DNA from: a virus
Lineage: Duplodnaviria > Caudoviricetes
IMG/VR virus record: IMGVR_UViG_3300035696_003004
Coordinates: 1 to 64,000 of that record
DNA length: 64,000 nt
Strand: one strand, 5' to 3'
The translations under genes were made by a program, and so were the position numbers. Below are positions 27,514 to 36,031 of the stretch, in pieces. Below the pieces are notes generated by a model. It was not told the DNA's origin, did no database searches, and saw nothing but the letters and a program-made list of their open reading frames with translations. How positions within the stretch are numbered: position 1 is the stretch's first letter; each line of letters starts with the position of its first letter.

Positions 27514-27574
27514 CGCTCCATAGCAGCTGGTTGCCGCTAGAGAAACTATATCATAAAGCGGATTGGGTGCGTCA
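27514..27574 (-). promoter_or_regulatory. duplicated promoter/RBS cassette, copy 2
   Basis: TTGACG...TGaTATAGT...ATGGAGCG. Confidence 0.6.
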
Positions 27575-27581
27575 AGAAAAT

Positions 27582-27598
27582 AAGTCCATAATCTGGAC
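27582..27598. repeat. 17-bp direct repeat containing palindrome copy 2, left of the TA module
   Basis: AAGTCCATAATCTGGAC. Confidence 0.75.
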
Positions 27599-27654
27599 GG
27601 TTACAAGATGCCCGAACCGTATTACAATGTAATTCAGTGGGAAGGGGAATTGCC

Positions 27655-27915
27655 ATGGCCGCGAATGCACTCGTTCAAACTCGAATCAACTTCAAAATTA
27701 AACAGGAAGCGACGACGGTTCTCGAGTCAATCGGTCTCACCGTTTCGGATGCGGTACGGCTCATGCTTACCCGCGTGGCGCGGGACAAGGCGCTACCGTT
27801 TGAGCCGTTGACTCCGAACAAAAAGACGATTGCGGCCATGCGCGCGGTTCGCGCCGGCAAACTCGAAACCGTTTCGTTAGACGACATGCAGGCGATGCTC
27901 GATGCGAACGATTAA
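27655..27915 (+). CDS. dinJ: RelB/DinJ antitoxin
   Basis: VQTRIN..IKQEA..VL..IGLTVSDAVRLMLTRVA....LPF..L.PN..T..AM. Confidence 0.9.
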   Translation: MAANALVQTRINFKIKQEATTVLESIGLTVSDAVRLMLTRVARDKALPFEPLTPNKKTIAAMRAVRAGKLETVSLDDMQAMLDAND

Positions 27916-28183
27916 ACAATCATCCCGCTTTAAACGGGACTTTAAGCGCGAAGCGCGCGGCCCTCATCGCCGGTTTCTCCAAGAAAATTGGGCCAAGATC
28001 CTGAAAATGTTGGCGGAAGACGAAGCGTTACCGCCGCCGTACTACGATCATGCGCTCTCGGGGGATTGGGCGGATTTTCGGGATTGCCACATTCGCCCCG
28101 ACCTGGTTTTGATCTACAGCAAACCGGCTGATGGTACATTGCAGCTAGCGCGAATGGGCTCGCATGCGGAGCTGGGCCTGTAA
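27902..28183 (+). CDS. yafQ: YafQ/RelE-family mRNA interferase toxin
   Basis: DHALSGDW..FRDCHIRPDLVLIY...L.LARMGSHAEL. Confidence 0.92.
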   Translation: MRTIKQSSRFKRDFKREARGPHRRFLQENWAKILKMLAEDEALPPPYYDHALSGDWADFRDCHIRPDLVLIYSKPADGTLQLARMGSHAELGL

Positions 28184-28191
28184 GGCGCGAA

Positions 28192-28208
28192 AAGTCCATA
28201 ATCTGGAC
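28192..28208. repeat. 17-bp direct repeat containing palindrome copy 3, right of the TA module
   Basis: AAGTCCATAATCTGGAC, identical to 27582. Confidence 0.75.
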
Positions 28209-28659
28209 AGCCGCTTAGATCCGCGGCCCCCGAAAACCGGCCCAAAACCGTGCAGCGAAAACCGTACAGCAAAAAATCCCCCCCGAAAACCGTTCAGCGA
28301 TTGGCAATCAATCCATACCACAAAGGGAAGCAAGGCACAGACAACATACGCCATGGCAAGCAAGCCGACCACGCCGGCCCGCGCGCGGCATCCTACAACG
28401 CTACACGGCAGCGCTCTGCAATCCGAAACCATTAAAGTGTGTACACGTTCACAGGTAAACCAACTTTGAAAACAAAGGAGAAAAGACGTTTCGTCGTTCC
28501 ATCAAAAAAAATGGTCACCTATCAAAGTGAGCGCAATCCAGGGCAGAGGGGGGCTCCTGCGCGTAAGAGACCCTAGGCGCGGCCGGCGCTGCGGCGGGCA
28601 GGGAAGGGGGCAAGCGTGCAGCGGTAACGCGTCCTAAGGGCAGAGAAGTCTTCAGTTAA

Positions 28660-28690
28660 GGCATGATTGGGGGCATGATTGGGGGCATTG
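28660..28690. repeat. 12-bp tandem repeat containing TTGGGGGCAT
   Basis: GGCATGATTGGG x2 plus a partial third copy. Confidence 0.75.
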
Positions 28691-28874
28691 TTAGCGTTAC
28701 TGGTTGCAAGTGCAACAAAATAAAGGGAACGCGCATGCTGATTCGGCAGGAAGACGGCGGGCGCTGAGCGAGTGGCGCGCCGTGTAGGCCGTCTAGCGTG
28801 TCTGGTTGGCGCGTTATCGGACGTTGGGCAGTTGTCCGGCCCCTGGGGGGGGCACGTAGTCGACGACGCCTCAG

Positions 28875-28968
28875 GCGCAATTGATTTTGGCTGGGGTTTT
28901 GGGTCTAAGGCGCAGAATAAGCGCAATTGATTTTGGCTGAGATTTGAGGATTGAGGCGCAATTTTGGC
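28875..28968. repeat. 19-bp direct repeat (iteron-like)
   Basis: GCGCAATTGATTTTGGCTG at 28875 and 28921; partial copy at 28956. Confidence 0.75.
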
Positions 28969-29626
28969 GCAGGTGTTAATGGATTAAAAACTGGATAGGT
29001 TTTTGGTGATAGAGCGCAAAAAGAGCGCAGTTGGCATGGATTGTAAAAAGGGGGGTGATGTTGTAGGGAGTAAGCGCGGTGGGGGGTACGGTTTGGGGGA
29101 GGGCTGCGCGGGCTGGCGTGAGTTCAGGGCATGCCGTTTGGGGGAACGTCATCTAGGCGTTTAGATGACAGCCCGCGCGAGATTGCAGAAGGCCCATATT
29201 ACGGCGTCGTCTTTCCGCTGTGCGCCTTCACTGCGCATCGGATTCCCTGGCACCAGGTATAGCGTACTCGACTGGTAAGCAACGGGCGTCTGTCGCGACC
29301 ACGAGAGTGCTTCTGCAATGTGCTGACGCGTATAGGCTACCGGGTTAAAGTAGTCTATGGGGCACAGCACGAATTGATTATAGCGCGGTTTTGGGCAGGA
29401 AAAAGCCAGCCCGGGGCGAAGTGGGCTGGCTCATTAGGTGGTGAAGCAAGCAGATTTAAGTGTAGCAAGGGCGGTGTCTCTCAACCAAGAAAGTATGACC
29501 CAATGACCCCAAGAGGTCGGCCGCCCTTGCATGAAGATCATTATAGTCGAGAATGATTGTTTATAACCAAAAATATTAATTTTCTGCTGTGAGGTAGCTT
29601 GTTGTTCATTATGATACGGTTTATCT

Positions 29627-29641
29627 GTCCAGATTCTGGAC
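29627..29641. promoter_or_regulatory. 15-bp palindrome, copy 4 (perfect), operator position
   Basis: GTCCAGATTCTGGAC between TATGAT (29610) and the GGAGG RBS of the next gene. Confidence 0.65.
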
Positions 29642-29651
29642 TGGAGGACGT

Positions 29652-30098
29652 GTGGGCAAAAAGTTATGTACAGCGAGTAGAAAGCAGGTTCCGGCGATTG
29701 TTGCGGAGGTGCTGGCGGCTTTAAGTTTGTCTGATGAAAAGGAGATTGTGTCGGAGATCCAGCGTCTGCAAGAGTGTGCGCTCGAACTGATCGAATTGAA
29801 GCGATCCTTTTTTCGTATTGCGCAGATGTTCCTCGTGGAACATAAAGGGCTTCACCCTTTGAAGCTTACGGCTGAAGAAAGCTACCAGATAAATCGGATC
29901 ATTACGGATGCGGATATGATGGTTGAGGAACTACAGTTTGAAAATTACCGGTTGCGGAAGGAACTAAAAAATCTTATTGGCAAGGCGCAAAATAAGAGGC
30001 AAAATGTCAAGAAGCAGGTGCATCATGGCAACAAAAGCGGAAAAAGAAAAACAAGCACTTCACAAAGAGTGCAGGGCCCGACGAAGCGAATGGATTGA
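29652..30098 (+). CDS. hypothetical helical protein
   Basis: GTG start with GGAGG RBS; 148 aa. Confidence 0.65.
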   Translation: MGKKLCTASRKQVPAIVAEVLAALSLSDEKEIVSEIQRLQECALELIELKRSFFRIAQMFLVEHKGLHPLKLTAEESYQINRIITDADMMVEELQFENYRLRKELKNLIGKAQNKRQNVKKQVHHGNKSGKRKTSTSQRVQGPTKRMD

Positions 30099-30267
30099 AT
30101 TTCGGAGAAAGTATTTGTTTACGCAGAAGCGGCTGGCGGAAGTTTTAGGGATCAGCCGGCGAACGGTACAGATGATCGAAGGTGAGCGGGTTGAAAGGCC
30201 GCATCCGGACACGCTGCGGGCATTCCTTACGCTCAAGATCAAGCACGAGCGCGGCGAAACGATGTAG
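30025..30267 (+). CDS. XRE-family HTH protein
   Basis: FTQKRLAEVLGISRRTVQMIEG...P..DTL. Confidence 0.8.
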   Translation: MATKAEKEKQALHKECRARRSEWIEFRRKYLFTQKRLAEVLGISRRTVQMIEGERVERPHPDTLRAFLTLKIKHERGETM

Positions 30268-30274
30268 CGCTTGG

Positions 30275-30928
30275 CAGTGCATCGGACAGATGCAACCGCT
30301 GCGTCGAAGGTCCGAGTATGCAACAACCAAATGGCAATGGTTTTGTAGTGCATTGAGCTAATGCAACTCCGATGTATTGGAACTTACAAACGACAACGTG
30401 GAGTAGCAACAAATTTGCAGTGCATTGAAAAATGCAACGGTATTTTCCACGACGAAAGCTTTGTAGTGCATCGAATGGATGCAACAGATAGGGGATATCC
30501 GCGTATACTTTTCCCGACACGTATCAAGTAATTTGTAGTGTATCGGATGAATGCAACCTAATACTGTATCTACTCCGGCTCAAGCTAAGGCGCGTATCAA
30601 GTAATTTGTAGTGCATCGGATGGATGCAACGTCAAACGTACAATTGTCAAAACGTTAATTTGATCGGCACAACAAAGTCGCAGTGCATTGAATAGATGCA
30701 ACCCCCACATCGCTGCGTTTGTAGGATTGGAAATACGTGGCAACAAACAAGCTGTGCATCGGGCAGATGTAACACCGGCCAATCCGCAAGCAGTGTGCTG
30801 CAAAGCACAACGACATGGCCTCTACGCTAGTGAGTTCACTGAATAAGTGAAACAACTCAAGGTGAATGCAGAGCGTTGGACAAACGCAACGGCTTCGAGA
30901 AATCGGGAGTGCATCAAACAAATGCAAC
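30275..30928 (+). CRISPR. degenerate CRISPR-like array, about 12 units, no cas genes nearby
   Basis: 36-37 nt repeats at 30331, 30403, 30521, 30594, 30666 and 30737 with 34-36 nt spacers; truncated units end at 30296, 30485, 30811, 30853, 30890 and 30928; same repeat family as the 62.9 kb array. Confidence 0.75.
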
Positions 30929-31029
30929 AATTGCACTGGATGCATAAATAGGGCATTACACAAATTCATTTTTGTGCTAGTGATATAGTAAGTGTGCAAA
31001 AATGCACCAACTTAGAAAGGCGGTTTTCT

Positions 31030-31443
31030 ATGCCTGAAGACGAAGGCTATACGGAAGGTTTAACGGGAGAAGAGATCATTTTGGACGTTCTCGATCAACT
31101 AGACAAGAAACTTCACACTGATTGCAATTTGCGTGAAACGGATGCCTATCCCGGCGGCTACGATGGTTGGATTGAATACTTTTTACGCCCACGCGGCTTG
31201 GATACGGTCGAAGTTCGATCAAAAATTATTGTCGGCTCACCCGCGCTTTCCGGCCAAGTGAAAAAGGTTGTGGAAGGTCGTATTGACATTCCACTTGAAA
31301 CAAGTCTAAATGTCGTTCGTGAACGGAGTAGCCAAGGCGTTCCTACGTTATCTAAAGATGAAAACGGTCAGCCCATTGTCGTAAAGCGCCAATATCGACG
31401 TCGTAACGTAGAAACAACCGCAGTACCAGAAGAAACAAAATAG
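31030..31443 (+). CDS. hypothetical protein
   Basis: RBS AAGGCGG; first gene of the packaging block. Confidence 0.65.
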   Translation: MPEDEGYTEGLTGEEIILDVLDQLDKKLHTDCNLRETDAYPGGYDGWIEYFLRPRGLDTVEVRSKIIVGSPALSGQVKKVVEGRIDIPLETSLNVVRERSSQGVPTLSKDENGQPIVVKRQYRRRNVETTAVPEETK

Positions 31444-31446
31444 TCT

Positions 31447-31818
31447 TTGAGCGTATACGGAGAAATGCTTATGCTCTTAGAACAGGATGAACGATTCGTA
31501 CACGCCCTCGAACAAATCGCGGCAGCGCTAAAGGGTATCGATGAAACCAGGAAACAAGAATTCGAACGGCGGTTCCCGGTCCGGAAAGAATTCCGGGAAG
31601 CCATTGTTACACGTGTCCCTTCCGAAGAAGACCGAATCCGCGAAGAGCACGGCGCCAGCACAGGATCGCTTGAAGAATGGCTTGGCGAACTTGGGGGGGA
31701 GGAATTCATTGGAACGCGAGAGCGCGAGTTCCTTGAACGCAATGCCAGTTCCCCAAAAATTGAAAATCCAGACGAAGCGAACGACGGGGGCTCTAAAGCG
31801 TCTGAAGGTACAGCCTGA
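31447..31818 (+). CDS. hypothetical protein
   Basis: 123 aa, acidic. Confidence 0.55.
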   Translation: MSVYGEMLMLLEQDERFVHALEQIAAALKGIDETRKQEFERRFPVRKEFREAIVTRVPSEEDRIREEHGASTGSLEEWLGELGGEEFIGTREREFLERNASSPKIENPDEANDGGSKASEGTA

Positions 31819-32380
31819 AGACGTTGCCAAAGCTCCACAAATAACTCCCCTGTTAAGACAAGCCGAAGGTGGTCTCGATGCCGTCCTAAGCGCTATGCGC
31901 TTTGCCCCCCAAAACGAGGCAATCAACGCTTTTCTCAAAAAATATGATTCCATCCCGCCTAGCGATCGTGAACGATTGCCTTGGGAAGCAATCGCTCTAT
32001 CCGCCGCAATTGATATCAATCAGCTCCTCGGTTCCATTATGTTTGCGATCCAGTCCCAAACCGCCAATACCGTAAAACTGATCGCAATGACTTCTCAGCC
32101 ATTAGTAACTCGTGCCCGAGTTCGCTATGCTCAGTTGCCTAGTGGCGACCGTGATCGCACGGCACTCGATACAGCCTATGGCTTCCTGCCATCTCCTAAA
32201 GGTCCAACTTTTATCGGTAAAGCCGTCTTCGGCGCACAATCCGCCAAAAACGATAACGACGATGCAATTGATGCACAAGAAACCTTCGGCGAAGATGACG
32301 ACCTGGACGATCTTTTCCCCTCCTGCGCGGCTATGCAGGAAAGACTATTGCCCATTCGGCAACGGCAGCTTCCGTCATGA
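31742..32380 (+). CDS. hypothetical protein, candidate terminase small subunit
   Basis: position upstream of terL only; start uncertain. Confidence 0.4.
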   Translation: MPVPQKLKIQTKRTTGALKRLKVQPEDVAKAPQITPLLRQAEGGLDAVLSAMRFAPQNEAINAFLKKYDSIPPSDRERLPWEAIALSAAIDINQLLGSIMFAIQSQTANTVKLIAMTSQPLVTRARVRYAQLPSGDRDRTALDTAYGFLPSPKGPTFIGKAVFGAQSAKNDNDDAIDAQETFGEDDDLDDLFPSCAAMQERLLPIRQRQLPS

Positions 32381-32799
32381 AAATTGTTTTTCTGGACTTT
32401 GATGGACCAATTATCCCGCAAATGTCCCACGATGATAATCATCCTATGGATGCATGGCCTTCCTGCATTGCCGCTTTAAACCGAATTACTGATACAACAG
32501 ATGCCAAAATCGTTGTTAGCAGTACTTGGCGGGCAGGCGGATTGTCCGAAATGCGTAATTTGCTATCCAAATGGGGCGCAAACGCCGAAGTGATTGGTCT
32601 TACCCCCGTTCTCTTAAACGAAACTCGCGGTAAAGAAATTGCCGAATACTTGAAAGCGCATCCAGAAACCGAATCCTTTGTTATTCTGGATGATGACGAT
32701 GACATGGATGAATCGCTGCCGTTTTTGGTTATAACTCCGTTTGCAACCGGCTTAACAGAAAAACATGCTGACCGGGCGATTAAGATATTGAACGGCTAA
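32377..32799 (+). CDS. HAD-domain phosphatase (Swiss-army-knife RNA-repair-like)
   Basis: VFLDFDG, IVVSSTWR, RGKEI, FVILDD. Confidence 0.85.
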   Translation: MKIVFLDFDGPIIPQMSHDDNHPMDAWPSCIAALNRITDTTDAKIVVSSTWRAGGLSEMRNLLSKWGANAEVIGLTPVLLNETRGKEIAEYLKAHPETESFVILDDDDDMDESLPFLVITPFATGLTEKHADRAIKILNG

Positions 32800-33030
32800 T
32801 TATCAATCATGAAGGTGCAAAATGGTTCTACTTGATATGCGTTCCTTTTGGGATGGATTTGCTTGCGGAAGTCTTGCAATTATATTCATTTGCATGGGCT
32901 TGATGTTTCTTGTGCAACACTTCAATAGCAAATAGATAAAATACCGCGATCGCAAAACTACTTCAAAGTAGCTTTTGAAAGAACTACTTGACACCACGCA
33001 CAATTCGGCTTAAATGTAAAAGCAATCGTT

Positions 33031-33099
33031 GAGCGACATGCCCCTCGCCTTTGGCGGGAACAAGCAATGGCTCAAGACCAGCAATGGCCTTGGGCCATT
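33031..33099 (+). ncRNA. repeated two-hairpin leader RNA, copy A
   Basis: follows TTGACA(32988)-17-TAAATG; shared consensus. Confidence 0.7.
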
Positions 33100-33135
33100 G
33101 TTGTTTTTGCGCCAAATATCCCCAAGGAGGAAATT

Positions 33136-33249
33136 ATGGCATCTCGCAAACGTATCAGTTCGGCTAAATGTGCACAGGTCCGCAAGGGCACCGACCGCAT
33201 TAAAAAGCTCGGCAAACGCGCCAGCAAAACCATTGCCGTAAAAGGTTAG
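33136..33249 (+). CDS. small basic protein (37 aa)
   Basis: RBS AAGGAGG; MASRKRISSAK... Confidence 0.6.
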   Translation: MASRKRISSAKCAQVRKGTDRIKKLGKRASKTIAVKG

Positions 33250-33272
33250 CGGCATAAGCCCCGGAGACCGAA

Positions 33273-33398
33273 ATGAAATCGACCAAGCGTGTAGGCAAAG
33301 TAAACCTTGTGCAACTTAAAAAAATGCGTCCACCTGTTCATGACGTTAGCAAGCGAATGGATAAAGCACCAGGCAAAACAGCTCGGGGAAAACTTTAA
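33273..33398 (+). CDS. small basic protein (41 aa)
   Basis: RBS GGAG; MKSTKRVGKV... Confidence 0.5.
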   Translation: MKSTKRVGKVNLVQLKKMRPPVHDVSKRMDKAPGKTARGKL

Positions 33399-33426
33399 CT
33401 TACACGCTCCGGTATTCCGGAGCTAA

Positions 33427-35574
33427 ATGTATTCAGAACGCGTTATCTTGGCCAATTTGGACGAGTTTGCAGCTCGTGAAGGATGGATGCCAGTCTATCA
33501 TTCGCTCGATCAAGTAGAGGAATTTAAGAAGTATATCGACTCTATTGTAAAAGTTGAAAGCAATTCTCGATCTTCCTATGTAACTCTTATTCGTACCATC
33601 ACCGAAAAACGGCGCAAGGAGATCTGGCATTGGATCGAAAACGAACAGGCATTGTGCGGACTCGATTCGAACTATTTCGAATCTCGCTACGCCTATGTGT
33701 GCGATGAAAAAGGGCAGATATTTAAATTTAAAAATCGGCTTTCCCAACAAATTTTCGATTCCGTAATTGCCGACTTCGATGAACGGCAAGTATCAATCGA
33801 GTTACTAATAATCAAGGCAAGACAAGTCGGAGTAACCACAAAAACAGCACTAAAGTTTATTCAAAAATTACTTTTTATTCCACATACGCAAGCCGTAATG
33901 GCTTCTGTCCAATCGGATAAATCCGAGTTGATTGGTCGCATTTTGAATACCGTCTATAACCATTGTCCTTGGTGGCTGGTACCACGTTCGCTGCCCAAAG
34001 GTGCTTATGATAATGGCTCAATTCTTTCAATTCAGTCAGGTATGCAAGCGACCGGAATCGCTCAAGGATGGACTCCAACAGCCATACACGTCTCGGAGCT
34101 GGCTGATATACCGAAACCGAAAAAAGTGATCGAAGAGGGTTTACTTAGGGCCACTCACTCTTCCCGCAACTTGTTTTTGGTTTTTGAAGGAACTGGCGGC
34201 GGTAATACTGGCTGGCTGGCAGATACTTGGCGTGCATCCAAAGAAGATTGGCCTAAAGGCCGCGCACGGCTTTGCCCGATTTTTATTCCTTGGGTAATGG
34301 TACCAGATCTGTATCCGGAACCAGATTGGATTCGTAAATTCCCCGTTCCAGGCGGTTGGCATCCAAATGAAGCTACGCATAAGCATATAACGCGCTGCGA
34401 ACTTTATGTTCGTAATACTCCATATTTAACCAAAGTTGTTGGCAAAGATTGGAGAATGCCAGTCGAACAAAAGTGGTTTTGGGAATTTAACTACATGCAA
34501 GCATGCAAGAACCATACTCAAAAAATTTGGCTCGCGCAGATGGCTGCCGATGATCATGAAGCATTAACCGGTGTTTACGATAGTGTATTTGAACCAGAAA
34601 CAATCGACGAGATCGAAAAGTTTAATTACGTAATTCATACGGATGGAAGAACGCGACGGAAAAAATCGCTTCAGGCATATGCAATCACAGGTGATTCGAT
34701 CGATGATAGCTTTAATCCAGATGAATCGTTAATTGATTACGAAAAAATGCATATTCGTGTCTCGTGGCAATCCGATCGTGGACAAAAATTTTTTTGGACG
34801 CTTGTTCCTTTAAAACCAATAGACGAAGAAGATGAAAACGACACGCTCGACAAACTTTTGGTATACGAAGAACCTCAATCGGGCTGCGACTATAGCTGCG
34901 GAATCGATACGGCCGATGGCCTAGGAAAAGAAGACGAAGACCGTACTTGCGTTTCAATGACGCGAAATCGGTTTGGTGATGAGTGCGATTATCAGGTCTG
35001 CGAACTAACTTCAAATAGGATAAATTCTGCACAAATTGTAGGCTTTGCCGCATGCATGGCGGCTTGGTATGGCGAACATACAAAAAATCCGCTTGGCGTC
35101 AAATTCTGTGTCGAACAGATCAGTCGGCCGGGGGATACCTGCCAGCATCAGCTAAAGTTAATGGGCTTTCATTATCATCACAAGCCGCGGCGCTACGACA
35201 GTAAGAAAATCAAAGATGATTCCGGGAAAAAGGAAGGTTGGTTTTCCAACGTATGGAGCGTACCTATCTTGATGACGCGTTTTACCGAAGCCGTGAATGG
35301 CGGTTGGTACCGGCCAGCGTCAAAATGGCTAATCGAGGAATTAAAAACACTAGAACGCCATGAAGCTGCAGGCCGGGCTTCGAAAATGATCCATCGTAGT
35401 GGCTATCACGATGATCGTGTACGTGCCGCTGCGCAGTCTTACTTCACCATTCACGATATGGATGTGTTAGCAGATCGGGCGCAACGGCGTTATTCGCCCC
35501 CGACAGATAGCAATCCACCGCTTAGTCGATCAAAATGCTCGGTCAACAACGTATGTGTAGGAGGATGGGATTGA
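33427..35574 (+). CDS. terL: terminase large subunit
   Basis: IIKARQVGVTT Walker A, IHVSE Walker B, FEGT coupling motif, GIDTADG..D and HDD nuclease motifs. Confidence 0.9.
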   Translation: MYSERVILANLDEFAAREGWMPVYHSLDQVEEFKKYIDSIVKVESNSRSSYVTLIRTITEKRRKEIWHWIENEQALCGLDSNYFESRYAYVCDEKGQIFKFKNRLSQQIFDSVIADFDERQVSIELLIIKARQVGVTTKTALKFIQKLLFIPHTQAVMASVQSDKSELIGRILNTVYNHCPWWLVPRSLPKGAYDNGSILSIQSGMQATGIAQGWTPTAIHVSELADIPKPKKVIEEGLLRATHSSRNLFLVFEGTGGGNTGWLADTWRASKEDWPKGRARLCPIFIPWVMVPDLYPEPDWIRKFPVPGGWHPNEATHKHITRCELYVRNTPYLTKVVGKDWRMPVEQKWFWEFNYMQACKNHTQKIWLAQMAADDHEALTGVYDSVFEPETIDEIEKFNYVIHTDGRTRRKKSLQAYAITGDSIDDSFNPDESLIDYEKMHIRVSWQSDRGQKFFWTLVPLKPIDEEDENDTLDKLLVYEEPQSGCDYSCGIDTADGLGKEDEDRTCVSMTRNRFGDECDYQVCELTSNRINSAQIVGFAACMAAWYGEHTKNPLGVKFCVEQISRPGDTCQHQLKLMGFHYHHKPRRYDSKKIKDDSGKKEGWFSNVWSVPILMTRFTEAVNGGWYRPASKWLIEELKTLERHEAAGRASKMIHRSGYHDDRVRAAAQSYFTIHDMDVLADRAQRRYSPPTDSNPPLSRSKCSVNNVCVGGWD

Positions 35575-35581
35575 TTTAGCC

Positions 35582-35962
35582 ATGCTAAGCAGAAAAATTG
35601 TATTTTGGTTTAATCCGACAACAAAGGAATGGCGTATGGGATTACCGGAAATATATCCGGCACCCTATGGTTATGAAAAGGTTGTCTGTAATACGGCGCA
35701 CGAGGCCGAATTGTGTTCGGAAAAAATGCGTTGGTGGGAATCAATGAACGGCGAAATTGAAAATCAAAGGCGCGAAATGGTTGAAGGTCCGATCAGGGAT
35801 GCATTGCGTAAAGAAATTCTGTGGCTGGCGTCGAACGCTCGCAATGAAATCAACCGGGAGTTTCTGCTACGGCATTTAGCACTATATGACAAGCGGGAAG
35901 ATCGCACTAAAGAAAAACGTGTTAGCTATTTACACAGTGAAGCTTACGAAAAGGGTCGATAA
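35582..35962 (+). CDS. hypothetical protein
   Basis: between terL and the portal gene. Confidence 0.65.
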   Translation: MLSRKIVFWFNPTTKEWRMGLPEIYPAPYGYEKVVCNTAHEAELCSEKMRWWESMNGEIENQRREMVEGPIRDALRKEILWLASNARNEINREFLLRHLALYDKREDRTKEKRVSYLHSEAYEKGR

Positions 35963-36031
35963 TTAACTTAATGTAGACGCGAAACTAAAATTTTATTACT
36001 ATGACTTTACCGAGGAGGAAAGTGGTTATGA

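Noticed and set aside
24311-27540. Long plus-strand ORFs 24311-24802, 25909-26787 and 27085-27540
   Set aside because: Antisense shadows of minus-strand genes that have RBS, promoters and recognisable motifs
28164-29556. ORFs in the 28.2-29.6 kb region
   Set aside because: Low-complexity translations with no RBS or motifs; the region is better explained as non-coding repeats
30297-30330. Spacer self-targeting (CGAAGGTCCG also near 17718; CGGCCAATCC also near 59735)
   Set aside because: Matches of only about 10 nt are expected by chance; a proper alignment is needed
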